64,000 nucleotides of DNA from contig JADKDD010000002.1 in assembly GCA_016718525.1 (NCBI GenBank), positions 639,047 through 703,046 on the forward strand, in the 5' to 3' direction. This document shows positions 9,934 through 19,208 of this stretch, piece after piece. Each line of letters begins with the position of its first letter. Position 1 is the first letter of the stretch. A program made the position numbers and the translations under genes. Under the pieces are notes generated by a model that had not been told where the DNA came from, did not search any database, and saw nothing but the letters and a program-made list of their open reading frames with translations. Source of the stretch: Rhodocyclaceae bacterium (GTDB taxonomy: Bacteria; Pseudomonadota; Gammaproteobacteria; Burkholderiales; Rhodocyclaceae).

Positions 9934-11223
9934 TTACTTCTCCAGAATCGCGACTACGCCTTGGCCGCCGGCAGCACAAATTGAAATCAGGCCACGACCG
10001 CTACCTTTTTGATTCAGCATTTTTGCCAGTGTGGCGACAATGCGTCCGCCGGTTGCGGCAAAGGGATGGCCGGCGGCAAGCGAGCTGCCGTTGATATTGA
10101 GTTTGCTCAGATCAATCGCGCCGAGCGCTTTGTCCAAACCCAACTTTTCTTTGCAATAGGCTTCGTCCTGCCAGGCTTTCAAGGTGCACAGCACTTGCGC
10201 GGCAAAGGCTTCGTGAATTTCGTAAAAATCAAAATCCTGCAGACTGATCCCGGCGCGTGCCAGCATGCGCGGCACGGCATACGCCGGTGCCATCAACAGG
10301 CCTTCTTTTTTGTCAAAGAAATCCACCGCAGCGACTTCGCTGAAACTCAAATAGGCCAGCACTGGCAGGTTTTTCGCAGCTGCCCATTCCTCGCTGGCGA
10401 GCAACACCGCTGATGCGCCATCGGTCAGCGGGGTGGAATTGCCGGCAGTCAGCGTGCCTTGATTGGGTGCAACCTTCTTGTCGAATGCGGGTTTAAGCGA
10501 ACGCAGCTTTTCGATGGTCAAGTCGGCGCGCAGGTTGTTGTCGACGGCAACGCCTTTAAACGGCGTCATCAGGTCGGTGAAAAAACCGTCCTTGTACGCA
10601 CGCGCCAGATTGAGATGGCTCTTGAGCGCCAGCGCATCTTGATCTTCACGACTGATGTTCCATTCGCGCGCCATCAGTTCGGCGTGCTCGCCCATCGAAT
10701 ACCCGGTGCGTGGCTCGCCGTTGCGCGGCAGCGTAGGTGAGAACAACATACCTGGGCGCATCTTCGCCAAGCTGCCCAATCGCTGTCCAGTGGATTTTGC
10801 ACGCGATGTCTCGAGCAAAATCTTGCGCATCTTTTCATTCACACCGATCGGCGCATCGGACGTGGTGTCAACGCCGCCCGCCATGCCGCATTCGATATGC
10901 CCCAACGCGATCTTGTTGGCAACGATCATCGCTGCTTCAAGACCGGTACCACAGGCTTGCTGGATATCGAACGCTGTTGTTTGCGGCGACAGCGTGGTCG
11001 ACAATACCGACTCGCGCACCAGATTAAAGTCGCGCGAATGCTTCATCACCGCACCGCCGACAACATCGCCCAGGCGCTCGCCGTGCAGGTTGAAACGATC
11101 AACCAAGCCCTGCAATGTGGCGGTCAGCATCTCCTGATTCGACGCCGAGGAATAGACGCTGTTGGACCGTGCAAAGGGAATGCGGTTACCGCCAACAATG
11201 GCGACGCGACGGATAGTGTTCAT
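9934..11223 (-). CDS. Acetyl-CoA C-acyltransferase (thiolase)
   Basis: 429 aa. Thiolase active-site context (QQACGTGLEA; C-terminal NINGSSLAAGHPFAATGGR and CAAGGQG). Confidence 0.9.
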   Translation of the reverse strand: MNTIRRVAIVGGNRIPFARSNSVYSSASNQEMLTATLQGLVDRFNLHGERLGDVVGGAVMKHSRDFNLVRESVLSTTLSPQTTAFDIQQACGTGLEAAMIVANKIALGHIECGMAGGVDTTSDAPIGVNEKMRKILLETSRAKSTGQRLGSLAKMRPGMLFSPTLPRNGEPRTGYSMGEHAELMAREWNISREDQDALALKSHLNLARAYKDGFFTDLMTPFKGVAVDNNLRADLTIEKLRSLKPAFDKKVAPNQGTLTAGNSTPLTDGASAVLLASEEWAAAKNLPVLAYLSFSEVAAVDFFDKKEGLLMAPAYAVPRMLARAGISLQDFDFYEIHEAFAAQVLCTLKAWQDEAYCKEKLGLDKALGAIDLSKLNINGSSLAAGHPFAATGGRIVATLAKMLNQKGSGRGLISICAAGGQGVVAILEK

Positions 11224-11305
11224 GGTTTGCTCCTAAATAGAGTTACGCTTGATTATTAGATATGTCGCCGTGTCACCAGCACAAACTGACAAAACAGCGG
11301 GCGAC

Positions 11306-12193
11306 TTACGCGTAAGTGATCTGTCCGCGCAAGTGCGGCTTGTCGCCTTTTTGATTGCGCACTTCGAATGCGGTGGAAAGTTCGCTATGTGTTGCCCACA
11401 GTGAGGCTGTTGCCGGTAGAAACAACGGTGTTTTGAATTCGACGTTCACCGAAGCTTGTGCCACGGCATAAGGCGGCATCAGTTGCGCCAATGCCCGCGC
11501 TTTGGTCCACAAGCCGTGAGCGATGGCGGCGCGAAAACCGAACAGCTTGGCGGAAAGTGCCGACAAATGAATCGGATTCATGTCACCCGACACCTTGCCG
11601 TAACGACGACCAATGTCGCCTGGGGCGCGAATGTCGGCCTGGCGCGATAACGGCAAATCGGCATTGAGAGCGCTGACGAATTTGTTCCCGGCAGGGTTCT
11701 TGACACCAATTCGCAACAAGGTCTGTGTGGCATCCCAGACCAACTCATCGCCGCGCAGGATCTTCATTTCCATATTGAAGACCTGACCCTTTTCGTGTGC
11801 GATCAAATCCCCGGTCGCGACCTCAACCCGCAGGTCGTCACCCGCTTTCAGGATCGCGTGTTGAGCGATGCGATTGGCCAGATGCACGGTGCCCATCCCA
11901 GGCCACGGACAGTCTGGCGAGGCGAAGAATGCCATCATCAAAGGGAAAGTGAGCATTTGCGGATAAATGATTGGCACGCCCTGAGCTTCGGAGTAACCGC
12001 AGACTTTGGCATAGGCAGCAATATGCGCCGCATCCAATTTCACACTCGGGCGAACATAAGTTATTGACGGCAGCGCCGTGACCACACCGGGCTTTTTGCG
12101 ACTGGATTTAAGTGCGCCGAGGAACATTCCTGCCGGGCTCATCTCCTCGGTGACTTCGATGACTTTCATTGCGGGTTTCTTTGAGCTTGCCAT
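11306..12193 (-). CDS. MaoC-like double hot-dog (R)-specific enoyl-CoA hydratase/dehydratase
   Basis: Start reassigned to the ATG at 12193 (MASSKKPAMKV...). The longer ORF reaching 12541 overlaps the SDR gene and reads as Arg-rich nonsense. The C-terminal half carries the MaoC signature (SGDMNPIHL...AIAHGLW). Confidence 0.75.
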   Translation of the reverse strand: MASSKKPAMKVIEVTEEMSPAGMFLGALKSSRKKPGVVTALPSITYVRPSVKLDAAHIAAYAKVCGYSEAQGVPIIYPQMLTFPLMMAFFASPDCPWPGMGTVHLANRIAQHAILKAGDDLRVEVATGDLIAHEKGQVFNMEMKILRGDELVWDATQTLLRIGVKNPAGNKFVSALNADLPLSRQADIRAPGDIGRRYGKVSGDMNPIHLSALSAKLFGFRAAIAHGLWTKARALAQLMPPYAVAQASVNVEFKTPLFLPATASLWATHSELSTAFEVRNQKGDKPHLRGQITYA

Positions 12194-12204
12194 GGTATTT
12201 ATCC

Positions 12205-13614
12205 TCAAGCGCCGATCAAACTTTGGCCGCAAACGCGAACCACGTTGCCGGTGAGGCCGCTTGATGCGGGATTGGCAAACCAGACAATGGCTTCGGCCAC
12301 ATCCACCGGCAGGCCGCCTTGGCTCATGGAGTTCATCCGCCGCCCGGCTTCGCGCATGGCAAACGGAATCGCTGCGGTCATTTGCGTTTCTATGAAACCC
12401 GGTGCAACGGCATTGATCGTCACGCCATGCTTGGCAAACACCGGCGCGGTGCTTTGCACCATGCCGATGACGCCGGCTTTGGACAGTGCGTAGTTGGTCT
12501 GGCCCATATTGCCGGCGATGCCGGAGATGGACGAAACGCAAACAATGCGCGCGCCGGACTTGAGCACGCCCGATTCAACCAACGCGTCATTGATACGTTC
12601 CTGGGTCGACAGGTTCACGTTCATCACCATCTGCCAGAAACGCTCCTTCATGTTGGCAATCGTTTTGTCGCGCGTGATGCCGGCGTTATGCACGATCACA
12701 TCCCAGCCGCCATCGGCTTTCGCCGCGTCCACCAGTTTCTGTGGTGCGTCTGCTGCGCCGATGTCGAGTTCAATCGCCGTCGCGCCGAGTTTGGCCGCAA
12801 TCTCGTTCAAACCCGGTTGCGCCTGCGGCACATCGAGACAAATCACCGTTGCGCCTTCCCGCACCATCACCTCCGCAATTGAGGCGCCGATACCGCGAGA
12901 AGCACCGGTGACCAGCACTTTCTTGCCAGCCAGTGGCTTGTTCCAGTCCGACGGCGTACCGCCGGCACCAACTGGCAATCCAACGCGAATAACCTGTGCC
13001 GAAACATAGGTCGAGCGTGGCGAGAGCAGGAAGCGAACAGTGGATTCGAGCTGATCTTCCGCGCCTTCAGCCACGTAAACCAATTGCACTGCAATTGCGC
13101 GTTTCAATTCCTTGGCCAAGGATCGCGTCAGGCCTTCCAGTGCGCGCTGAATCGTCGCCTGGCGTGGATTCGCACATTTCTCCGGTGGTCGTCCGAAAAT
13201 AATTACCCGGCCGCACGGCAAGACCGAACGCGCAGCATCGTGGAAAAATTGATACAGCGCATCGGACTGCGTGCTGTCGGTCAATCCAGTGGCGTCAAAA
13301 ACAAGTGCCTTGACCTTCTCGCCTGGTTGGTCATCCACTCCCCAACGTCCGCTCATCAATCCGGCTTGATTTGCCAGCGGCAACCATTGCGGCAAATGCC
13401 GGGGCGCAACGGTTTGTACGCCGATCGATTTGAAGATTTTCGCCAATGTCGGCAACAACGGTGCGTCGCTGCCGCCACCGATCAGTAACGAGCCTTTGAT
13501 CACCGGCTGGCCTTCCTTATAACGATCAAGCACGATGGGTTTGGGCAAACCGAGCGCATCAGCCAACTTGGCACCAACGGCGGAGTTAGCAAAATTGAGA
13601 TAGCTATCGTTCAT
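12205..13614 (-). CDS. Long SDR-family 3-oxoacyl/3-hydroxyacyl reductase (about 450 aa, extra N-terminal domain)
   Basis: The C-terminal half has TGASRGIG, NAG and YxxxK (YALSKAG) SDR motifs. The N-terminal roughly 200 aa matches the long 3-ketoacyl reductase type found in beta-oxidation clusters. Confidence 0.8.
   Translation of the reverse strand: MNDSYLNFANSAVGAKLADALGLPKPIVLDRYKEGQPVIKGSLLIGGGSDAPLLPTLAKIFKSIGVQTVAPRHLPQWLPLANQAGLMSGRWGVDDQPGEKVKALVFDATGLTDSTQSDALYQFFHDAARSVLPCGRVIIFGRPPEKCANPRQATIQRALEGLTRSLAKELKRAIAVQLVYVAEGAEDQLESTVRFLLSPRSTYVSAQVIRVGLPVGAGGTPSDWNKPLAGKKVLVTGASRGIGASIAEVMVREGATVICLDVPQAQPGLNEIAAKLGATAIELDIGAADAPQKLVDAAKADGGWDVIVHNAGITRDKTIANMKERFWQMVMNVNLSTQERINDALVESGVLKSGARIVCVSSISGIAGNMGQTNYALSKAGVIGMVQSTAPVFAKHGVTINAVAPGFIETQMTAAIPFAMREAGRRMNSMSQGGLPVDVAEAIVWFANPASSGLTGNVVRVCGQSLIGA
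12948..12975 (+). repeat. Copy F of the bipartite motif (CCGACGGCGTACCGCCGGCACCAACTGG)
   Basis: Lies inside the SDR gene, antisense to the coding strand. 24 of 28 positions are identical to copy E. Confidence 0.5.
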
Positions 13615-13646
13615 TTGGGAATCCGTTTTCGATTGGACAGTCTCCG

Positions 13647-13658
13647 TACACTAGTGTA
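13647..13658. promoter_or_regulatory. Perfect 12-bp palindrome TACACTAGTGTA, candidate TetR operator
   Basis: Sits in the 88-bp divergent region between the SDR operon (start 13614) and the TetR gene (start 13703). TetR-family repressors typically bind such palindromes. Confidence 0.4.
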
Positions 13659-13702
13659 TCGTTTCCCGTGAGTCAATCAGGAAACTTAGGCGATACCCTC
13701 TA

Positions 13703-14323
13703 ATGAAAGCTTCCATTTCCACTGCTGCGATACCGCCCGATGACGTGCCGACAGCGCGTCTTGGGCGCGATGACTGGCTGGATGCGGCGTTCGAAACGGT
13801 AGCCGAAAGCGGCTTTGATAGTGTGCGCGTACTCACCCTGGCAGCTTCTCTGGGTGTGACGCGAGGCAGCTTTTACTGGCATTTCACGGATCACGCCGAG
13901 CTGATCACGGCGTTGGTCGAACGCTGGCGAACGCGCGAAATTGAAACCCATCAGCGGGCGCTGGAAGCAAACCTGCTGGAGCCGAAAGCTGACCTGGAGC
14001 GCATGCTCGAAGCGGCGCTCGCTCATGCTGGAACCGAGATCAAATACCTGCGCTTCGAACTTGCGTTACGTGGCCTTGGTCGCCACAACCCGGAAGTTGC
14101 CGCAATTTTGGTTGAAGTTGATCGCATGCGCATGCGCTTGTTCGAATCCAAATTCTTGCGCCTTACCAACGATCCGAAGGCTGCTGCCGATCTTGCCGCA
14201 CTGTTTTACCTGGCTATCGTCGGTGGCACTCACGCACTTGCCCGCCCTGCGAATCCGGAGCGGACAAAGGACTATCTACAGCGCATCATCGGGCACTATT
14301 TGATTTCTCAACAAACATCTTGA
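13703..14323 (+). CDS. TetR/AcrR family transcriptional regulator
   Basis: 206 aa. N-terminal HTH (FDSVRVLTLAASLGVTRGSFYWHF). Divergent from the beta-oxidation genes. Confidence 0.85.
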   Translation: MKASISTAAIPPDDVPTARLGRDDWLDAAFETVAESGFDSVRVLTLAASLGVTRGSFYWHFTDHAELITALVERWRTREIETHQRALEANLLEPKADLERMLEAALAHAGTEIKYLRFELALRGLGRHNPEVAAILVEVDRMRMRLFESKFLRLTNDPKAAADLAALFYLAIVGGTHALARPANPERTKDYLQRIIGHYLISQQTS

Positions 14324-14347
14324 GACGCATATCGCACCCTGCTCCCG

Positions 14348-15235
14348 CTATTCCTGGCTCCCGCGCAACTGGTCCAGAAAAGCCACAGCGCTTGGTGAAA
14401 GGCGTTTGCCGCGCAAAGTGACGATGAACCAATTCGAGTGAATCGGAAATCCTTTCACTCGCAATACGGCCAAACCTTCGTCTTCCGGTCTCGTCCCGAT
14501 GGCGTGGCGCGAAACCACGCCGACTCCCATTCCTGCAGCAACGGCTTGCTTGATCGCTTCGTTGCTACCCAACTCCATTCTGATTTGCGGCCTGAATTGC
14601 TGTTCTGTGAAGTGAATCTGGCAGGCAAGGCGGGTGCCTGATCCTTTCTCACGCAGGATGAAACGGTCGTCAAGCAGCTTTTCCAGAGGCACTGAACGCC
14701 TTCCGGCCAACCGATGTTCGAGTGGCGCAATCAGTACCAGCGGGTTTGGCATGAAGGCTTCGCAATCAATATCCATGTCTTCAGGCGGCATGGACATGAT
14801 GACCATATCATCCATGTTCTCCCGTAATCGTCGGACAATGCCATCGCGATTTTCAACCTCGAGCGCGATGTCGATAGCGGGGAAGCGCTTACAAAAACTA
14901 CCCAGCGCACGAGGAATGAAATATTTTGCAGTGCTCACCACGGCTACGCGCAAGCGCCCGCTGGCGACACCTTTCATTTGGTCGATGCGAGCGCCAAATG
15001 CAGACCATTCATCGACCATCGCACGAGCCGACTCAGCAAGCTCCATTCCTGCAGCGGTCAAAAAAAGATTTTTCCCGATCACTTCGTAGAGCGGCAAACC
15101 GACTACAGCGGTGAGCTCGCGCAATTGCATCGACACCGTGGGTTGAGTCACGTGGCAGGCGCGCGCGGCGGCAGTAATGCTCTTGTGCTCAACCAATGCC
15201 AGAAAAACCTGCAACTGCCGAAAACTGATTTGCAT
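14348..15235 (-). CDS. LysR family transcriptional regulator
   Basis: 295 aa. N-terminal LRQLQVFLALVEHKSITAAARACHVTQPTVSMQLRELT wHTH. Divergent from the SbtA-like gene. Confidence 0.9.
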   Translation of the reverse strand: MQISFRQLQVFLALVEHKSITAAARACHVTQPTVSMQLRELTAVVGLPLYEVIGKNLFLTAAGMELAESARAMVDEWSAFGARIDQMKGVASGRLRVAVVSTAKYFIPRALGSFCKRFPAIDIALEVENRDGIVRRLRENMDDMVIMSMPPEDMDIDCEAFMPNPLVLIAPLEHRLAGRRSVPLEKLLDDRFILREKGSGTRLACQIHFTEQQFRPQIRMELGSNEAIKQAVAAGMGVGVVSRHAIGTRPEDEGLAVLRVKGFPIHSNWFIVTLRGKRLSPSAVAFLDQLRGSQE

Positions 15236-15324
15236 AGATATTTAACTATGATTATTACGATGAATATTGATTTTACCTGATGACTAGATGTCCTTAGCAT
15301 TCGCGGCTGTTAAGGAGATCACTC

Positions 15325-16317
15325 ATGTCCAGTCTGCTCGATCCAGCAATTCTGTTTTTTGTGTTTGGTGTCTTCGCCGGTACTGTTAAGTCCAATTTGG
15401 AAATTCCGCCGCAGATCTCGCGTTTCTTGTCGTTGTATCTGTTGATGGCGCTTGGCCTCAAGGGTGGATTTGCACTGGCTCAATCCGGTCTGACCGGCGA
15501 AGTCGCCGTCAGTCTGGGCCTTGCGATACTTCTGGCCATCGTTGTCCCGGCAATCAGCTTTCAGCTGCTGAAGCATTTTGTTTCAGGTTACGACGCTGCG
15601 GCGATCGCTGCGACCTATGGCTCGGTGAGTGCAGTAACTTTCATCACGGCAGTCCAGTATCTGGAAAACCATCAAATTGTTTATGGCGGGCATATGGCGG
15701 CGTCCATGGCACTGATGGAATCTCCCGCCATCATCATGGCGGTAGTGCTCGCCAACGGAATGCGTAACACGAGCCGAATCGAAGCCAATTCGGCCGGATT
15801 TGCGCACGGCAAAATACACGCGGGAACACCGCTGAGCAAGATACTCCATGAGTCATTTACTGACGGCGCGCAACTATTGCTCTTGGGTGCGATGCTGATT
15901 GGAATAATTACTGGGGATGCCGGCAAAGCCGTAATGCAGCCTTTCTCGGTGGATCTGTTCAAGGGCATGCTGGCGTTCTTCCTGCTTGACATGGGTCTCA
16001 CCGCTGCGCGCAATCTGCCGATGCTCAAGGGTAGTTCCCCATGGCTTATCGCCTATGCCATCCTGGCACCGATCAGCCATGCCACGTTGGCATTGTCGCT
16101 GGCGGTAGCTGCAGGACTGTCCGCCGGCAACAGTGCCTTGCTGATGGTCTTGGCTGCCAGCGCGTCCTACATTGCCGTTCCCGCAGTGGTCCGCTACGCG
16201 ATTCCCGAGGCCAACCCATCCTTGTATTTTGGCCTCTCGCTCGGCGTTACATTCCCGTTGAACATCCTGTTCGGGATTCCGATATACGTAGCAATCGCGA
16301 CGAAAGTCTTGGACTAG
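15325..16317 (+). CDS. Sodium-dependent bicarbonate transporter family permease (SbtA-like, Sbt_1/DUF897)
   Basis: 330 aa polytopic protein. The N-terminus MSSLLDPAILFFVFGVFAGTVKSNLEIPPQISRFLSLYLLMALGLKGG is recognised from this family. RBS AAGGAG lies upstream. No P-II-like SbtB gene follows. Confidence 0.6.
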   Translation: MSSLLDPAILFFVFGVFAGTVKSNLEIPPQISRFLSLYLLMALGLKGGFALAQSGLTGEVAVSLGLAILLAIVVPAISFQLLKHFVSGYDAAAIAATYGSVSAVTFITAVQYLENHQIVYGGHMAASMALMESPAIIMAVVLANGMRNTSRIEANSAGFAHGKIHAGTPLSKILHESFTDGAQLLLLGAMLIGIITGDAGKAVMQPFSVDLFKGMLAFFLLDMGLTAARNLPMLKGSSPWLIAYAILAPISHATLALSLAVAAGLSAGNSALLMVLAASASYIAVPAVVRYAIPEANPSLYFGLSLGVTFPLNILFGIPIYVAIATKVLD

Positions 16318-16403
16318 TCAAACAACAGCGAACAGCATTTTTTGCGTTACCCGGTTGTCGCCTGTGGCGCCCGTATCGGTTACACATCTGGCATCATAGG
16401 GTG

Positions 16404-17159
16404 ATGATTTTTTCATCTTTATTTCGCACCAATTTTGCTGGATCCGCGCTCGCCATCGCGGCCATGCCGACAGCTGTAATGGGGGCACCGGCAGCAGTCG
16501 ACATTCAGTTCAGTATTTGCGCACCATCGGCACAGGTTGAACAAGCATTAAAGCTGCGGCAAGTTGGTCCGTCCATGCAAGTCTGGTTATTTGATGATGC
16601 ATCGCTGAGCCTGTTCTCGAGAGGCTTGCGCATTCGCTTGCGCGAAGCCAAAAGTGGTGGCGAACTGACGCTCAAAGTGGCCGATCAGGACTGTGCGAAA
16701 GTAAGCAAGGAACTGCTGCCGTCAGGTGAAGGCAAATGCGAATTCGACATGCATGACAGTAAAACCGCCGGGGCATTGTCGCTGACACGCAAGGTCACTA
16801 TCCCTGCAATACAGTCTCTGATCCATGGTCGTCGCGCTATAGCAGATGAGCTCAGCGCGGCACAAACGCGTTTTCTGCGTGGAGTTCCCGGAGCATGGCC
16901 ATTGCCCCCCGGAATTCGTACACTGGGGCCGGCCCGAGTGAACAGCTACCGTGCCGCTGATAAACCTTATGCAGTCGACATGTCGATTCTGCCAAGTGGC
17001 GATACTTACATCGAAATTTCACAAAAGGTGACTCAGACCGATGCGTTACGTGCAAGCGATGCGCTGGTCGCAGACCTGCAAAAATCCGGCGTCCCGCTCT
17101 GTGTTGACCAGTCTGCCCAAGCGGTCAATAAACTTCGCAAACTGTTGGCTCAACCATGA
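16404..17159 (+). CDS. Secreted hypothetical protein (possible degenerate CYTH-like beta-tunnel)
   Basis: Start set at the ATG at 16404 (MIFSSLF...AIAAMPTAVMGAP signal peptide). The upstream ORF extension overlaps the permease gene. See findings for the CYTH-like pattern. Confidence 0.5.
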   Translation: MIFSSLFRTNFAGSALAIAAMPTAVMGAPAAVDIQFSICAPSAQVEQALKLRQVGPSMQVWLFDDASLSLFSRGLRIRLREAKSGGELTLKVADQDCAKVSKELLPSGEGKCEFDMHDSKTAGALSLTRKVTIPAIQSLIHGRRAIADELSAAQTRFLRGVPGAWPLPPGIRTLGPARVNSYRAADKPYAVDMSILPSGDTYIEISQKVTQTDALRASDALVADLQKSGVPLCVDQSAQAVNKLRKLLAQP

Positions 17160-17242
17160 ATCTGCTCGAAGCAAAGTAAGCCTCTTGCAGGCGCACATCA
17201 AACCAACTATTGTTCACGCTCTCGGAATGGAGGCAATAAGTC

Positions 17243-18232
17243 ATGTGGTGGATCAGTTATCGCGGTGAAGGCAAGTCAGGTGTTGAGAACATTGGCGTTT
17301 TTGAAGACGACGGAACGCCGCGCAAGGAGCATCCATTACTCCTTGATGCTTCGCCCGACGCGCATCCATTGCATATCGCGCGCGGATTTGCACTGGTTGG
17401 CGACGATCTCTACATTGCCAATGCCTGGCGCAAAGACAGCCACATTGCGCGATATACGCGTAATGGAGATATGTTTCATTTTGCTGAAGTGGTGGTCACC
17501 AGCAAAAATGTCGCTGCGATGGTTCATCCGTTTGATGTCGAACTTGGTGATGACGGGCGTATTTACATTTCCTGTCAGGACACCAACACCGTCATCGTCT
17601 TGATGCCGAAGACACGCAAACCGGCACCGGTCGCCAGCCATCTGCGCAAGAAGTTCCCGAAAGGCAATTTCCTTCCCGGCACCCTTGTCGCTTCGAGCAC
17701 CGGGCATTTGCCGGAGGTGGGCAGCAAAATTCCGCTGGATGTCCCGCATCCTCAGGGGCTCAAAGTCGTCCTTGATTTGCATGGCAAACCGAGGCACTCC
17801 GTGCGCGGCGTCATCGCGCACCGCGGCCATCTCTATGTTGCGGACGAGGCGGGCAATGCGGTCAAGATTTTTGAGCTGCCCACCGGGAAACTGATAGCCC
17901 GGATTAAGGGAGCGAAACTCACCAAACCGGTGCACCTGATTCTCCACGGTGACACGCTCTTTATCGGTGCCGCGGGTTCAGGCAGTATTCTTGCGTTTGA
18001 CACTGCTGCAACAAAAGCGCCGAGCGGCAAACTCAAGGCACGCACGATCATCGATGGAAAACTCAAAGCACCCTCTGGATTTGCCGTCGGGCCCGATGGT
18101 GATATCTATGTGGGTGAGCGATTCAATCAGCGTGTGCAGCGTTTCTCCGCCACGGGTAAAAAGAAGAAGACCTTCATTGACGGGTTGCCGGATATGCCGG
18201 AATTTCTTGTTCATGTGCCAGACAGCGCTTGA
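17243..18232 (+). CDS. NHL-repeat beta-propeller protein, no signal peptide
   Basis: 329 aa. Repeated DGxIYV/ISxxDxNxVxV-like blades, for example DDGRIYISCQDTNTVIVL and GPDGDIYVGERFNQRVQRF. Confidence 0.6.
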   Translation: MWWISYRGEGKSGVENIGVFEDDGTPRKEHPLLLDASPDAHPLHIARGFALVGDDLYIANAWRKDSHIARYTRNGDMFHFAEVVVTSKNVAAMVHPFDVELGDDGRIYISCQDTNTVIVLMPKTRKPAPVASHLRKKFPKGNFLPGTLVASSTGHLPEVGSKIPLDVPHPQGLKVVLDLHGKPRHSVRGVIAHRGHLYVADEAGNAVKIFELPTGKLIARIKGAKLTKPVHLILHGDTLFIGAAGSGSILAFDTAATKAPSGKLKARTIIDGKLKAPSGFAVGPDGDIYVGERFNQRVQRFSATGKKKKTFIDGLPDMPEFLVHVPDSA

Positions 18233-18306
18233 AAAGTTCGATCTTGTTGATGTGATGCTGTGTGACCCAAAAAGCGCATTCCTCAAGTCAATAATCAAGA
18301 AAAGTC

Positions 18307-18888
18307 ATGGCCACCTCAAATCCTCCACACATAGTCGTTTCGGGCGTTAGCACCGGTGCACCGGTAGCGCAGACCAGTGCCACCACTGAGGATGCACCAG
18401 AATCAAAGTTAGCCGTCGAATCGCAAATGATGTCCGACTTCATGTTCGGGGGCAGCATTTTGGTCGTCGTTGTGATGTTTCACGCATTCGCCACGCGCTA
18501 CATCACCAGTGTGTTCCTGCAGCGATCGCAGACTCTCACGGCGCATGCCGCACCGTGGCGCGCCGACCTGCTATTTGCTCTTACCTTAACCAGCTTACTC
18601 AGCGTGCATCTGGTCGAGATATTGATTTGGACTGCGGCTTTGGTATACGCGGATGTCGTCAGAGATTGGTCAAAGGCAGCGTATTTCGCGTCAAACTGTT
18701 ACACCGCATTGGGCGAGCCGTTTTCTTTGCCTAGAGCCTGGCGTCTCGTACCGCCGATCATGGCGATCTCCGGCATTTTCACCTTTGCGTGGACGGCAAG
18801 TCTGCTGGTTGATTTTGTCTCGCGTTACAACGATTTGCGGGCAGCAATTCTGGCCCGTCATCGAAAACCGCCCGCCGATCAGAAATAA
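18307..18888 (+). CDS. Membrane protein with K-channel-like pore-loop segment (degenerate filter)
   Basis: 193 aa with about 3 predicted TM helices. The segment AAYFASNCYTALGEPFSLPRAWR resembles the pore helix/filter of Ion_trans_2 channels but lacks GYG. Confidence 0.45.
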   Translation: MATSNPPHIVVSGVSTGAPVAQTSATTEDAPESKLAVESQMMSDFMFGGSILVVVVMFHAFATRYITSVFLQRSQTLTAHAAPWRADLLFALTLTSLLSVHLVEILIWTAALVYADVVRDWSKAAYFASNCYTALGEPFSLPRAWRLVPPIMAISGIFTFAWTASLLVDFVSRYNDLRAAILARHRKPPADQK

Positions 18889-19208
18889 GCCATACGGATC
18901 TACGGTCAATCGGTAGCATAGCGCTCGCTCGGTCAGATCGTCTGCGAAGCATCGTCAGCGTCGCGTTTCGTTTCCCTGCGCGACCGATTCGCATCATATT
19001 CAAGCGGCATTTCCTTAAGTTTGAGTAAGTCTGTCGTCAAGCACGATTTGCTTTCGATACGATTCCTGAAAATTTTCATCACTAGGCACTCAAGCCAAAA
19101 CTTACGATTGGATCCATGACTGGCGGCGCCTTGTCACGACATTTGCGGGCGAAACAGCTTTATGATACGTTGCGCTTCGCCTCAACTTAGCTGATAAAGG
19201 GACCTGCA

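Noticed and set aside
11306-12541. N-terminal extensions of listed ORFs: MaoC to 12541, the 16041 start of the secreted protein, the 38024 start of purT, the 35630 start of flavin reductase, the 32887 and 34343 starts in the metal cluster, and the 45990 start of GNAT.
   Set aside because: The extensions overlap the upstream gene and read as Arg/Cys/His-rich nonsense. Internal ATGs give proteins beginning with proper N-termini or signal peptides. Coordinates were trimmed accordingly.
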